Below, in pieces: positions 1 to 10,671 of a stretch of 64,000 bases of DNA. A model generated the notes under the pieces. That model saw only the letters and a program-made list of their open reading frames with translations. It had not been told where the DNA came from and ran no database searches. Source of the stretch: an uncultured Gemmatimonadales bacterium (GTDB lineage Bacteria > Gemmatimonadota > Gemmatimonadetes > Gemmatimonadales > GWC2-71-9); assembly GCA_963728915.1 (NCBI GenBank), contig CAVSLV010000004.1:256001-320000 (forward strand), given 5' to 3'. How positions within the stretch are numbered: position 1 is the first letter of the stretch; the number at the start of each line of letters is the position of its first letter. A program made the translations under genes and the position numbers.

Positions 1-359
1 CCTATGTGCCCCAGACCGAGCGGATCACCCTCGAATCCCTGGGCCAGGGCTTCTACGTGCTGGTGGCGGCCTACGGGTTCATGGAATCACCCAACGTCCC
101 GAAGATCCTCGCGAGTCTGGAACCGCTCGGGCTCGAGGTCAAGCTGATGGAGACGACGTTCTACCTGGGCCGGGAAACCCTCATTCCGACCCGGACCAGC
201 CGGGCCCGGCGGGCCGCGCTGCTGGCCAAGGGGCTCTGGATGTCCCTCTGGCGCAAGAAACTGTTCCTGGTGATGACCAACAATGCCCGCTCCGCGACGG
301 CCTTCTTCCATCTGCCCGCGAATCGGGTGGTCGAGCTCGGGGCGCAAGTGCAGATCTAG
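1..359 (+). CDS. kup: KUP/HAK/KT potassium transporter, C-terminal part (5'-truncated by window)
   Basis: YGFMESPNVP, TFYLGRETL, WRKKLF..M..NA.SA..FF.LP.NRVVELG.QV.I are typical of the Kup C-terminus. Confidence 0.9.
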   Translation, partial: YVPQTERITLESLGQGFYVLVAAYGFMESPNVPKILASLEPLGLEVKLMETTFYLGRETLIPTRTSRARRAALLAKGLWMSLWRKKLFLVMTNNARSATAFFHLPANRVVELGAQVQI

Positions 360-366
360 CCGGTCC

Positions 367-2322
<1,956 letters not shown>

Positions 2323-2326
2323 TGAG

Positions 2327-2373
2327 TAGGGGATATGGGGATAGGGGATAGGGAATAGGGAATAGGGGAATAG
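2327..2373. repeat. Heptamer-like tandem repeat TAGGG(G)(G/A)A, about 6 units, in the acs 5' leader
   Basis: tagggga-tatgggga-tagggga-tagggaa-tagggaa-taggggaa-tag read directly. Confidence 0.9.
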
Positions 2374-2513
2374 TGTACCGCAAATCGATTCAGGCAAGGG
2401 CGAATCGTTGCGCTTGCAGATCCCCACGAGGTAGTGCGGAGTGCGGTGTCACCAGGGGGAGACCCCTGTTTCGGTCCGCGATAAGTCCCGCTGCCCCCGA
2501 GAGTTGATCCAGG

Positions 2514-2529
2514 TGGCACCGGACTCGCC
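2514..2529 (+). promoter_or_regulatory. Possible sigma54 (-24/-12) promoter of the STAS gene
   Basis: TGGCACCGGACTCGCC = GG-N10-GC with TGGCAC; -12 element is imperfect (TCGC). Confidence 0.4.
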
Positions 2530-2541
2530 TTTCCCACGTCC

Positions 2542-2841
2542 ATGGCAGTCATTCGTGACCTCGATCGTTCGATTACTGCACCCGCCGAGCTCGGGTTGCA
2601 GACGCGGACTCCATTCCGGGAGGCTGCGTTTCACGAGCTCGAGGAGCTGACCGATGGCGGGACCCTTCGTCTCGACCTGGCCCCGACGCGACGGGTGGAC
2701 TCAGCCGGGCTTTCCGCGCTTTGGCTGATCCATCGGCGTGCAGCCGAGCGCATGCAGCGGGTGGTGCTGTGCAATGCCCGGGAAGAGCTGAAATACCTCC
2801 TCACTCTGACCGGCCTGTCGGAGCTCTTCGAACAGAACTGA
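2542..2841 (+). CDS. STAS domain protein (anti-sigma factor antagonist-like)
   Basis: 99 aa with LDLAPTRRVDSAGLSAL phosphorylatable-Ser motif and LTGL..LF C-terminus. Confidence 0.85.
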   Translation: MAVIRDLDRSITAPAELGLQTRTPFREAAFHELEELTDGGTLRLDLAPTRRVDSAGLSALWLIHRRAAERMQRVVLCNAREELKYLLTLTGLSELFEQN

Positions 2842-2878
2842 AGGTCGTGGGCCGCTCGGTGGTCGTATATTGGGCCAC

Positions 2879-3595
2879 GTGACGGCCCCGGCTGTATCTC
2901 CCCTGCTCGAAGGTCGTAATCTCGAACGCCGCTTCGGCGCCTCCCGGGCGCTGCGAGGGGTCTCGCTCACCGCTTTCGGCGGTGAGTGCCACCTCGTCGT
3001 GGGCCCCAATGGGGCCGGCAAGACCACCCTCCTCCGAATGTTCGCGGGGCTGGCCCGGCCAAGCGCCGGGGTGGTTCTGATCGACGGATCTCCGATGACC
3101 CGGGAGCCGTCGTCTCGCCGCACTCTCGGACTGCTTTCGCATCAAAGCCACCTGTACGATGAGCTCACCACCCTCGAGAACCTGACCTTCCTCGCGCGGC
3201 TCCATGGTCTCGCCAAGCCGGCGGAAGCCGCCCTGCGGGGACTGGAATCCGTGGGGCTGGCGAGCCGGGCGGGCGCGGTGGTCCGCAGTCTGTCGCGGGG
3301 AATGGTGCAGCGGGTTGCCATCGCGGGCGCGTTGCTGCACGGGCCCCGTGTGCTGCTGCTGGATGAGCCATTCACGGGGCTCGATCCCAGCTCATCGAGC
3401 CAGGTCGCCGCCCTCCTCGCGGCGGAGCGGCAGCGGGGCAGCGCCCTGATCCTGGTGACCCACGACGTGCACGAGTCCTGGGAGCTGGCGACCCACGTCC
3501 ACCTTCTGGTCGGTGGTCTCTGGGCATCCAGTGGGCCACGGCAGGAGACCCTGGACGGTTTTCTGCGCCGGTACCGGGAGGTCGTGCATGGGTGA
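2879..3595 (+). CDS. ccmA: Heme exporter ATP-binding protein CcmA
   Basis: Walker A GPNGAGKT, LSRGM signature, LLLDEP; first gene of ccm run; GTG 2879 sits 7 nt after TATATT. Confidence 0.85.
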   Translation: MTAPAVSPLLEGRNLERRFGASRALRGVSLTAFGGECHLVVGPNGAGKTTLLRMFAGLARPSAGVVLIDGSPMTREPSSRRTLGLLSHQSHLYDELTTLENLTFLARLHGLAKPAEAALRGLESVGLASRAGAVVRSLSRGMVQRVAIAGALLHGPRVLLLDEPFTGLDPSSSSQVAALLAAERQRGSALILVTHDVHESWELATHVHLLVGGLWASSGPRQETLDGFLRRYREVVHG

Positions 3596-4268
3596 GTTTC
3601 TCCGGGTCACCCTCACGGTGGCCGGCAAGGACCTTCGAGTCGAGCACCGGAGCAAGACCGCGCTGGTCTCGGCGATCGGGTTTGCCGTGCTGGTACTGGT
3701 GATTTTCAACTTCGCGCGGGACGCGGCGGTGCTTTCCCGAGAGGTCCTCGCGCCGAGCGCGCTGTGGATCACCTTCGCGTTCTCGGGGGTCATCGCCCTC
3801 AACCGCTCCTTCACCCTGGAGCGGGAGAATGCCGCCCTGGACGGGCTCCTGCTCGCACCGGTCTCCCGGGCCGCGCTGTTCCTCGGCAAGTACCTGGCGA
3901 ATCTGGCGTTCGTGTTCACCATCGAAGCAGTCGCGCTGCCCCTGTTCGTGATATTCTTCGGGCTCGACGTTTCCGGCGCGCTGGGCGGGCTGGTGCTGAC
4001 CATTTTCGTCGCGACCATCGGCTTCGTCGCGGCGGGGACCATGTTCGCGGCCATGACGGTCCGGACCCGGTTTGCCGAGCTGATGATGCCGCTCCTGCTG
4101 CTGCCGTTCCTGCTGCCCCCCGTGATCGGGGCGGTCCAGGCCACCTCCCGGCTTCTGGCGGGACGGCCGATGAGTGAAGTGGCCGGGTGGCTCAGGATTC
4201 TCGGCTTCTATGACCTGGTGTTCGTCACCGCGTGCCTCCTGCTGTTTCCCTCGCTGATGGAGGAGTAG
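3588..4268 (+). CDS. ccmB: Heme exporter protein CcmB
   Basis: KDLRVE.R, F..ERENAALDGLLLAP, PLLLLP; 6 TM segments; overlaps ccmA. Confidence 0.9.
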   Translation: MGEFLRVTLTVAGKDLRVEHRSKTALVSAIGFAVLVLVIFNFARDAAVLSREVLAPSALWITFAFSGVIALNRSFTLERENAALDGLLLAPVSRAALFLGKYLANLAFVFTIEAVALPLFVIFFGLDVSGALGGLVLTIFVATIGFVAAGTMFAAMTVRTRFAELMMPLLLLPFLLPPVIGAVQATSRLLAGRPMSEVAGWLRILGFYDLVFVTACLLLFPSLMEE

Positions 4269-4300
4269 CCAGAGTGGCTAGAGTGGCTGGAGTGGGGCGA
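4265..4300. repeat. Degenerate 9-bp tandem repeat at the ccmB/ccmC junction
   Basis: gtagccaga gtggctaga gtggctgga gtggggcga. Confidence 0.7.
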
Positions 4301-4306
4301 GTCCTC

Positions 4307-4951
4307 ATGGCCGTGGGGCTGAGTGGCCTGGCGCTGGTCTACGTGCTCGCGATCCGCTTTACGCCGATCGAACGGTTTCAGGGCCTGCCGCAGAAGATCT
4401 TCTACGTGCACGTTCCGGCGGCGTGGTGTGCCCTGCTTTCGTTTTCGATGGTGGGCATCGCGAGCATGCTCTATCTGTGGCTCCGGGACCCCCGGCTGGA
4501 CCTCTTCGCGGAATCCGCCGCCGAAGCGGGCCTGGTGTTCAGCGTGGTCATGCTGACCACCGGGCCGCTCTGGGGGAAACCGGTCTGGAACACCTGGTGG
4601 ACCTGGGATGCTCGGCTCACCTTCACCCTGATCCTGTTCTTCCTCTTCCTCGGGTATCGGGCGTTGCGGGGCGCGGTGCAGGATCCCGGGGAGCGGGCCC
4701 GGTTCAGTGCGGTGCTCGGCATCATGGGACTCATCCTGGTGCCGTTCGTGCATCTCACGGTGTATCTGTTCCGGACCCTGCACCCGCAGCCGATCGTGCT
4801 CAAGCCGAGCGCGCCATCGTTGCCCTGGTCGATGCTGCGGACCTTGCTCGCTTCCCTGGTGTGCTACACGATCCTGCTCACCGGGTTCATCACCACGCGG
4901 TACGGCATTGCCCGGCGGACCTCGCTGGCGGGAGACCCTCATGGCCATTGA
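4307..4951 (+). CDS. ccmC: Heme exporter/chaperone-loading protein CcmC
   Basis: IFYVHVP, WGKPVWNTWWTWDARLT (WWD motif), RTLHP; start could be an upstream GTG (~4274). Confidence 0.92.
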   Translation: MAVGLSGLALVYVLAIRFTPIERFQGLPQKIFYVHVPAAWCALLSFSMVGIASMLYLWLRDPRLDLFAESAAEAGLVFSVVMLTTGPLWGKPVWNTWWTWDARLTFTLILFFLFLGYRALRGAVQDPGERARFSAVLGIMGLILVPFVHLTVYLFRTLHPQPIVLKPSAPSLPWSMLRTLLASLVCYTILLTGFITTRYGIARRTSLAGDPHGH

Positions 4952-5066
4952 TCCCCACGCCAACGCCGGATATGTGATCGCCGCCTACTGCATCACCGCG
5001 CTGGTCCTGGGGGGCTATGCGCTGCGATTGTGGTTGCGAGCGAAGGGGACAGGGGACAGGGGATAG
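4941..5066 (+). CDS. ccmD: Heme exporter protein CcmD (41 aa)
   Basis: MAIDPHANAGYVIAAYCITALVLGGYALRLWLRAK..: small single-TM protein with YV.AAY and basic tail, overlapping ccmC. Confidence 0.75.
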   Translation: MAIDPHANAGYVIAAYCITALVLGGYALRLWLRAKGTGDRG

Positions 5067-5069
5067 GGC
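5045..5069. repeat. Heptamer repeat GGGGACA/GGGGATA at the ccmD 3' end
   Basis: ggggaca ggggaca ggggata ggg. Confidence 0.8.
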
Positions 5070-5111
5070 TTCACCCGGAGCGACTCGTCGCTCTTCCCGA
5101 TTCCCTGCTCC

Positions 5112-6350
5112 CTAGGTTGTTCGAAACACCAGGGCCGCGTTGATCCCTCCGAAGCCGAACGAATTGCTCATCAGGTATTCCGGCTGGCCGGCGGCGCCGT
5201 CGCCCCGGACATAGTCCAGCTCGCAGGCGGGATCGGGCTCCTCGAGATTGACGCTGGGGGGAAGCCAGGCCCGGGCGCTGGCCAGGGCGCAGATGGCGGC
5301 CTCGATGGCACCGCTCGCGCCCAGGGCATGGCCGTAGTACCCCTTGGTGCCGCTCACCCTAACCCGCTCGACGTGCCGGCCCAGGACGGTGCGGATCGCC
5401 TGGGCCTCGGTCGGGTCGTTCAACGGAGTGGACGATCCGTGGGCATTGACGTAGCCCACCGCTTCGGGTGCGACGCCGGCGGAGCTCAGCGCGCCACGCA
5501 TGGCGCGGGAGGCCTGCCGGCCATCCGGGCGGGGCGCGGTCATGTGGTGGGCGTCGTTGGTGAGACCGTAGCCCACCAGCTCCGCGTAGATCGGGGCGCC
5601 CCGGGCCCGGGCCCGATCCCGCTCCTCCAGCACCAGGACGGTGGCGCCTTCCGCCATCACGAAGCCGTCCCGGTTGCGATCGAACGGACGGCTCGCGGTC
5701 CCGGGATCGTCGTTGCGGGTGGACATGGCCCGGATGATGGCGAAGGCGCCATAGCTCAGGGGGGAGAGCGGCGCCTCGGCGCCCCCCGCGAGCATGAGGT
5801 CCGCGTCCCCCCGCTGCACCGCGCGAAAGGCCTCGCCGATCGCGATCGCCCCGGAGGCGCAGCTCATCCCATTGGTGATGTTCGGGCCGGAGATGCCCAG
5901 CTCGATGGCGAGATTGCAGCTCGACGCGCCCACGAAGACGGTGAGGGCGAGGCCGGGCTCCACCGCCCGCAATCCCTCCCGCAGATACTTCTCATGCTCC
6001 TGCTCCGCAAAGCTCACTCCGCCCAGCGCGGTTCCCATCATGGCGCCGACCCGGTCGGTATCTTCGCGGTTCAGCTCGATGCCCGCGTCGTCCAGGGCGA
6101 GCCGGGCCGCGGCAAGCGAGAACAGCGAACAACGATCGAGGCGCCTGGCCCGGCGCGGCTCGATCCAGCGGGTGGGATCGAAGTCGTCGACTTGAGCGGC
6201 CACCCGGCTCCGGAACGGGCTGGGATCAAACCGGGTCAGCCGGCGGACCGCGGATCGGGCGGCGCGGAGTCCGCTCCAGAAGGCCTCCTTACCGATCCCG
6301 ATCGGAGTCACCGGACCGATCCCGGTGATGACGACGCGTCGTTCAGGCAT
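5112..6350 (-). CDS. Beta-ketoacyl-ACP synthase II-like ketosynthase (FabF family)
   Basis: RRVVITGIG, SCASG (Cys), NAHGSST and GHALGASG (His, His), SNSFGFGG. Confidence 0.92.
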   Translation of the reverse strand: MPERRVVITGIGPVTPIGIGKEAFWSGLRAARSAVRRLTRFDPSPFRSRVAAQVDDFDPTRWIEPRRARRLDRCSLFSLAAARLALDDAGIELNREDTDRVGAMMGTALGGVSFAEQEHEKYLREGLRAVEPGLALTVFVGASSCNLAIELGISGPNITNGMSCASGAIAIGEAFRAVQRGDADLMLAGGAEAPLSPLSYGAFAIIRAMSTRNDDPGTASRPFDRNRDGFVMAEGATVLVLEERDRARARGAPIYAELVGYGLTNDAHHMTAPRPDGRQASRAMRGALSSAGVAPEAVGYVNAHGSSTPLNDPTEAQAIRTVLGRHVERVRVSGTKGYYGHALGASGAIEAAICALASARAWLPPSVNLEEPDPACELDYVRGDGAAGQPEYLMSNSFGFGGINAALVFRTT

Positions 6351-6810
6351 GAGCTTCCCCTTCGGCGGCTCGGCCGATCCCGGCGAGGGTCCGCGACGCG
6401 ATCCCCCGCACGAACACGGGTCCGATGACCAGCTCCGCCGCTGGTCGGCTGATCAACGGCCAGCCGGGGCCGTCCCAGGCATGAACGATCGTGGCTCGAC
6501 TGCCGCTCCCTTCGGAAACCACGGTCCACAGCACGTCCATTCCGCAGGTGACTCCCTTCACGTGCCGGTAGCGGACCTCGCAGCGGGGGGCATCGACCCA
6601 CATTTCCGACTGCCACCAGGTTGGCCAGCGAAACAGCCCGAAGGGGCGCCACGCCGCCATCTCGACCAGTCCGCTCCCATCCGGTCGCTGCTTCTGAAGC
6701 TTGACCCAGCGATAGTGGGAGAGGATCTCCGGCCAGCGTTCGACCTCGGCGGCGTATCGGAACACGGCCTCAGGTGAGGCGGCGATGTGAAGGGTATCGA
6801 CGGTGCGCAT
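6343..6810 (-). CDS. SRPBCC/START-fold polyketide cyclase/aromatase-like protein
   Basis: 155 aa; I.ASPEAVF....VERWPEIL.HY N-terminus typical of Polyketide_cyc. Confidence 0.8.
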   Translation of the reverse strand: MRTVDTLHIAASPEAVFRYAAEVERWPEILSHYRWVKLQKQRPDGSGLVEMAAWRPFGLFRWPTWWQSEMWVDAPRCEVRYRHVKGVTCGMDVLWTVVSEGSGSRATIVHAWDGPGWPLISRPAAELVIGPVFVRGIASRTLAGIGRAAEGEAHA

Positions 6811-6813
6811 GGA

Positions 6814-7509
6814 TCAGCGCGGCGCCAGTTTCGCCACGGCGACCAGGCGCGCGCCGGGTCTCCGCACCACCCGGGCCGGGAGTTCGGCTCGGTGGAGCAA
6901 CCGGGAAAGGCTGGCGGTGGAGAAGCCCCGACGCAGAGAAGTGACTCCGTCGCGAATCGTGTCGCGATCGAATCGCAGGGTCCAGCCCGCGAGTGGATAG
7001 CCCCAGCGGGCCAGCACCGAATTCCGCAGGTCGGACACGATCACCGCGCGTCGAGCCACCCGGGCACATTCCCGAAAGAGCCGGATCGTCGCGGCCGGGG
7101 CAAAATGGTGCGCCACCTGGCTGAGCAGCACATAATCGACACTGCGGTCCCCCAGGGGGAGCACTCCTCCGTCGGCGACGATGCTGGCGAGTCCATTTTC
7201 GCGGGCGAGCCCGGCGGCGCTGCGGTTGTATTCGATCCCGATCGGGCGCAGGATGATGCCCCGGCGCCGGGCCCAGGACGCCGCCATGCGAGGGAGGTCG
7301 CCGGCTCCGGTCCCGACATCGAGGATCGAGAACGGTCCCGATTCCGCCGCGGGCAGCGCTCTTCGCAGCCCGTAGCGAATGGCGGCGGCGCCACCCAGCC
7401 AGCGGTTCGCGCGGGCGATATTGCCGAGGGACTCTCGAACCATCGGCGCGGGGGCAAACCGGTCGTCGAGCAATTCCACCCCGGTCGGCGCGACTTCCAG
7501 AACGCTCAT
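6814..7509 (-). CDS. Class I SAM-dependent methyltransferase
   Basis: ILDVGTGAGD motif I; ELLDD..N.WLGG N-terminus; HHF and DG..SLRRGF motifs. Confidence 0.85.
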   Translation of the reverse strand: MSVLEVAPTGVELLDDRFAPAPMVRESLGNIARANRWLGGAAAIRYGLRRALPAAESGPFSILDVGTGAGDLPRMAASWARRRGIILRPIGIEYNRSAAGLARENGLASIVADGGVLPLGDRSVDYVLLSQVAHHFAPAATIRLFRECARVARRAVIVSDLRNSVLARWGYPLAGWTLRFDRDTIRDGVTSLRRGFSTASLSRLLHRAELPARVVRRPGARLVAVAKLAPR

Positions 7510-7997
7510 ATTCCGCCCGCAGTCAGGTAGCCGCCGCGGTAGTACAGCAGCGGCTTGCCTCCCGGCTGGACGCTGCCCCCGACGACCCGTCCCACGAAGA
7601 TGGTGTGATCCCCCGCTTCGAGACGCGCCTGCGGCACGCAGTGGATCCTCGCCATGGCTCCATCCAGCAGGACGAACCCCCGTTCGTCCAGCCGGTAGCC
7701 GACGCCGTCGAACCGTTTGGGGAGATTGGAAGCGAAACGCCGGGAGAGCGTTTCCTGGTGGCTTTCCAGAATGTTGAAGACGTAGCCTTCCGATTTGTCC
7801 ATCACGGGATAGAAGTCGGCGAGATGATCCACGTTGACCGATACCAGCGGGGGATCGAGCGATACCGAGGCGAAGCTGTTCGCGGTCATCCCCGCCGGGG
7901 TCCCATCCGGCCCGGTCGCGGTAACGATCACCACGCCGGTGGCAAAGTGCCCGCAGAGCTGACGGAACTGGGCAGAATCGACGTCACGATAGGACAT
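7506..7997 (-). CDS. Flavin reductase family protein
   Basis: FR...GHFATGV.IVT, GMTANSF.SVSLDPPLV, AGDHTIFVGRV, PLLY.RG.Y; start MSYRDV at 7997. Confidence 0.92.
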   Translation of the reverse strand: MSYRDVDSAQFRQLCGHFATGVVIVTATGPDGTPAGMTANSFASVSLDPPLVSVNVDHLADFYPVMDKSEGYVFNILESHQETLSRRFASNLPKRFDGVGYRLDERGFVLLDGAMARIHCVPQARLEAGDHTIFVGRVVGGSVQPGGKPLLYYRGGYLTAGGI

Positions 7998-9202
7998 CAG
8001 AGGACCACCTGGGCGAGAAATCGCGGGTTCAGGACGGCACGGGCCGGGAGATAGTCTCCCGTGACACCGATCAGGGTGTGGCTCAGCCCCCGCCGATCGA
8101 GGCGCTCGACGGCGCGATCGAACAGCCGGGGAGCCAGCATGGCGTGGCCAATGAGTCGCTCGACGATCCATTTCCCGAGGAAGGCGTGGCGCCGCGCGGC
8201 CCGGTAGGCAGCCAGCACCCCCCGGTCGAGCGGGGCCCGAGCCAGGAGCGGCTGGAGCAGGGTCTCCTCGACCAGCTCGGCGCCGCGGAACGCCGCGCCC
8301 ATTCCTTCGCCGGTGAACGGGTCGAAGAAGTCGGCGGCATCCCCGAGGAGGAGCGCGCCCGGCGCGGTCACCGGGCTGGTCCAGGAGGCGAACGGGCCGG
8401 TCGCCATAACCCGCCGGACCAGGCGGGACGGAATCCGTCCCCGGACTCCGGGGAATCGTTCCAGCTCCTGGAAGAAGAACTGATGGAGGTCCCCTTCCAG
8501 CGTGCTCATGCGTCGGCGCGGGAGCACCACCGCGACGTTGGCGACTCCGCCTCCCAGCGGATTCAGTCCGACATAGCCGTCCGGTCCGACGTGCAGCTCG
8601 GCGGTCTCGTCGAGACCGGCGACCCCAGCCACGTGGCCGGCCAGGGCGTAGCGGCGCAGAAATCCGGTGCGACGACGACCGATCGTCCGGGCCATGATCG
8701 AATGGAGGCCATCGGCGCCGACCACCAGGCGCGCGGCGATCCGGCGAAGCTCTCCGCGCTCGCGCACCACGAGCCCCGAGATCCGGCCATCGGTGCGAAC
8801 GACGTCCACCACCGGGCATCGCTCCCGAACCAGGGCGCCAGCTTCCCGCGCCGCGCAGACCAGGGCGTGATCGAGGATCCGCCGGGGAACCGAGAGGCCG
8901 GTCGGGCGGAAGGGACGGCCGGCCCGTGCGAAAAGACCGGTGAGGGAAGCCCCGAACGGCGCGGACACGGAAGTTCCGCGGATGCGAAGGCCGCCTGACC
9001 GCTCGACTCGCTCCAGCACCCCGAGCGACGCGAGGTGCCGGACACCTTCGGGGCTCATGAACTCCGAGCAGGTTTTCTCTCTTGGGAACACCGCGCGATC
9101 GCAGGCCACGACCCGAAGTCCCGCGCGGGCCAATCGAATCGCGAGCGCGGCGCCGGCCGGCCCGGCTCCCGCGATGGCGACATCGAACGTGGACTCGCTC
9201 AT
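7997..9202 (-). CDS. NAD(P)/FAD-dependent oxidoreductase (geranylgeranyl reductase/flavin monooxygenase-like)
   Basis: DVAIAGAGPAG, FPREKTC, VGADG..S, LLGDAA.F.DPFTGEG; start MSESTF at 9202. Confidence 0.88.
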   Translation of the reverse strand: MSESTFDVAIAGAGPAGAALAIRLARAGLRVVACDRAVFPREKTCSEFMSPEGVRHLASLGVLERVERSGGLRIRGTSVSAPFGASLTGLFARAGRPFRPTGLSVPRRILDHALVCAAREAGALVRERCPVVDVVRTDGRISGLVVRERGELRRIAARLVVGADGLHSIMARTIGRRRTGFLRRYALAGHVAGVAGLDETAELHVGPDGYVGLNPLGGGVANVAVVLPRRRMSTLEGDLHQFFFQELERFPGVRGRIPSRLVRRVMATGPFASWTSPVTAPGALLLGDAADFFDPFTGEGMGAAFRGAELVEETLLQPLLARAPLDRGVLAAYRAARRHAFLGKWIVERLIGHAMLAPRLFDRAVERLDRRGLSHTLIGVTGDYLPARAVLNPRFLAQVVL

Positions 9203-9951
9203 CGGAGTGCCCACGCCGCGGCTCCCGCCAGCGCGGCGAGGAGGGTCGTCAGCAGGTTCACGCCGTCGTTGTCGAGCCATGCCCACCCTCTTTCCAGGAC
9301 CGTGGCGCTCCCGCAGTGCCGGCGCCCCTCGGTCGGGGTCTGACAGGTTGGACACGTGAACCGGCCCTGCAACCTTGCCCCGAGTAACGAGTCGAGGAAC
9401 ATACCACCGAACCCGATGAGAGAGCCGGCCACGGTCAGGGCGATGCTGCCGAGACCAATCCCTCCCGAAACGGCGACCAGCAGCGCCCCCGCGGCTCCCC
9501 CGATCGTCCCCAGCAGTGTGACGCCACCAGAGGTTCCCCGAGACACCCGCTGACCGGTTCCCAGGAGAATCGGGGCAGTGGGACTGCTTCGGCCCAAGGT
9601 GGTGGCCCAGGTGTCGCTCCCCGCGGCGGCGAGAGAGGCGGTCACGATCCATGCTCCCAGGCTCGGGGCGATCAGCTCGCAGAGACTGCCGATCGCCGCG
9701 GGTCCGCCATTCGCCAGGACCTGGATCGCGGAACGGGTTTCTCGTTCCGGCCCATCGAGGACCAGGCGTCCGACCAACACACTGGAAAAGAAAAAGGTTC
9801 CCAGAACGAGGGCTCCGGGCCAACCAGTCTCGGCGAGGATGACGGTTCCGATGCAGGCCGCCGCCAGCGCTCCGCCCGGGGTGAGCGCCCGCAGCCACCA
9901 GGCGATCGCCGACAGGGTCGCCGCGAGCGCCAGGGCGAGGAGCGGATGCAT
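9199..9951 (-). CDS. DUF92 (TMEM19-like) membrane protein
   Basis: R...QVLANG, DTWAT..G, GTSGGVT..G, DSLLGA..Q, C..C zinc-knuckle, DND.VN. Confidence 0.88.
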   Translation of the reverse strand: MHPLLALALAATLSAIAWWLRALTPGGALAAACIGTVILAETGWPGALVLGTFFFSSVLVGRLVLDGPERETRSAIQVLANGGPAAIGSLCELIAPSLGAWIVTASLAAAGSDTWATTLGRSSPTAPILLGTGQRVSRGTSGGVTLLGTIGGAAGALLVAVSGGIGLGSIALTVAGSLIGFGGMFLDSLLGARLQGRFTCPTCQTPTEGRRHCGSATVLERGWAWLDNDGVNLLTTLLAALAGAAAWALR

Positions 9952-10029
9952 GCGCAATGTTCCCACCCCGGCTGGCCGGCTGCAAGCGGACCTTACCTGT
10001 CTGTCGCGGACCCGCTAAGTTGTCGCGGC

Positions 10030-10671
10030 GTGACACCCGCCGATGGGCTCCCCGCTCTCATTCCCCTGAGCCTCCTCGAGGCGATCCGGAATCTCGATAC
10101 GCCCCTCGACGACGGCCTGAACGAGCTGGCGAGCGAAATGATGTCGAAGCGCCTGGGACTCAGTCAGACCGTCGCCCTGCAGATCGAGCGTTACCAGGAC
10201 AGCGCCAGTCGCAAACAACTGGTTCCCGACGACGAAGTCATTCTCATTTTTCGCCTGGTGGGCCGCCGGCCCGACGCGGCGCTGGTCTATGCCGATGCCG
10301 GACGACGAGCGGCGCGCCACGCGGTCCGCTCGGCGGGGCTGGGGATCAAGACCGCGCTCCGTACCGTGCCGGGAGCGGTCGGGCGGCGCTACGGGGTTGG
10401 AGCGGCGAGCCGGCTGGCCCGGACCCGGCTGGGGATCCCGATGGAGCGTCACTCCGTCAAGACCGGGGAGACCGTTACCAGCAGGGTCTCCGAATCCCTG
10501 GCGACCCGGGCCGGGTATCCGGGCACTGGGTGCGCCTTCTACAGCGCCGCGCTGGCGGAGCTGCTCCGCTTGACCAGTGGCTTCGAAGGCGCAATGGTGC
10601 ACGAGCACTGCCGCGGCAAGGGTGACCCCTACTGCTCCTGGCGCGGGATCGAATCGGGAGGCTACGAATGA
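10030..10671 (+). CDS. V4R (4-vinyl reductase/BchJ-like) domain protein
   Basis: C-terminal GC.FY...HEHCRGKGDPYC V4R Cys pattern; GTG start inferred. Confidence 0.7.
   Translation: MTPADGLPALIPLSLLEAIRNLDTPLDDGLNELASEMMSKRLGLSQTVALQIERYQDSASRKQLVPDDEVILIFRLVGRRPDAALVYADAGRRAARHAVRSAGLGIKTALRTVPGAVGRRYGVGAASRLARTRLGIPMERHSVKTGETVTSRVSESLATRAGYPGTGCAFYSAALAELLRLTSGFEGAMVHEHCRGKGDPYCSWRGIESGGYE

Noticed and set aside
2379..2411. Imperfect inverted repeat upstream of acs as a riboswitch or ncRNA
   Set aside because: Short bulged stem upstream of the inferred -10; no recognisable RNA family features
7997..9202. Flavin-dependent halogenase, given the adjacent flavin reductase
   Set aside because: No WxWxIP motif (the equivalent region reads GYVGLNP); better treated as a GGR-like or monooxygenase-like enzyme
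10030..10671. bchJ as evidence of phototrophy
   Set aside because: Only a generic V4R pattern; no bch, puf or crt genes in the window
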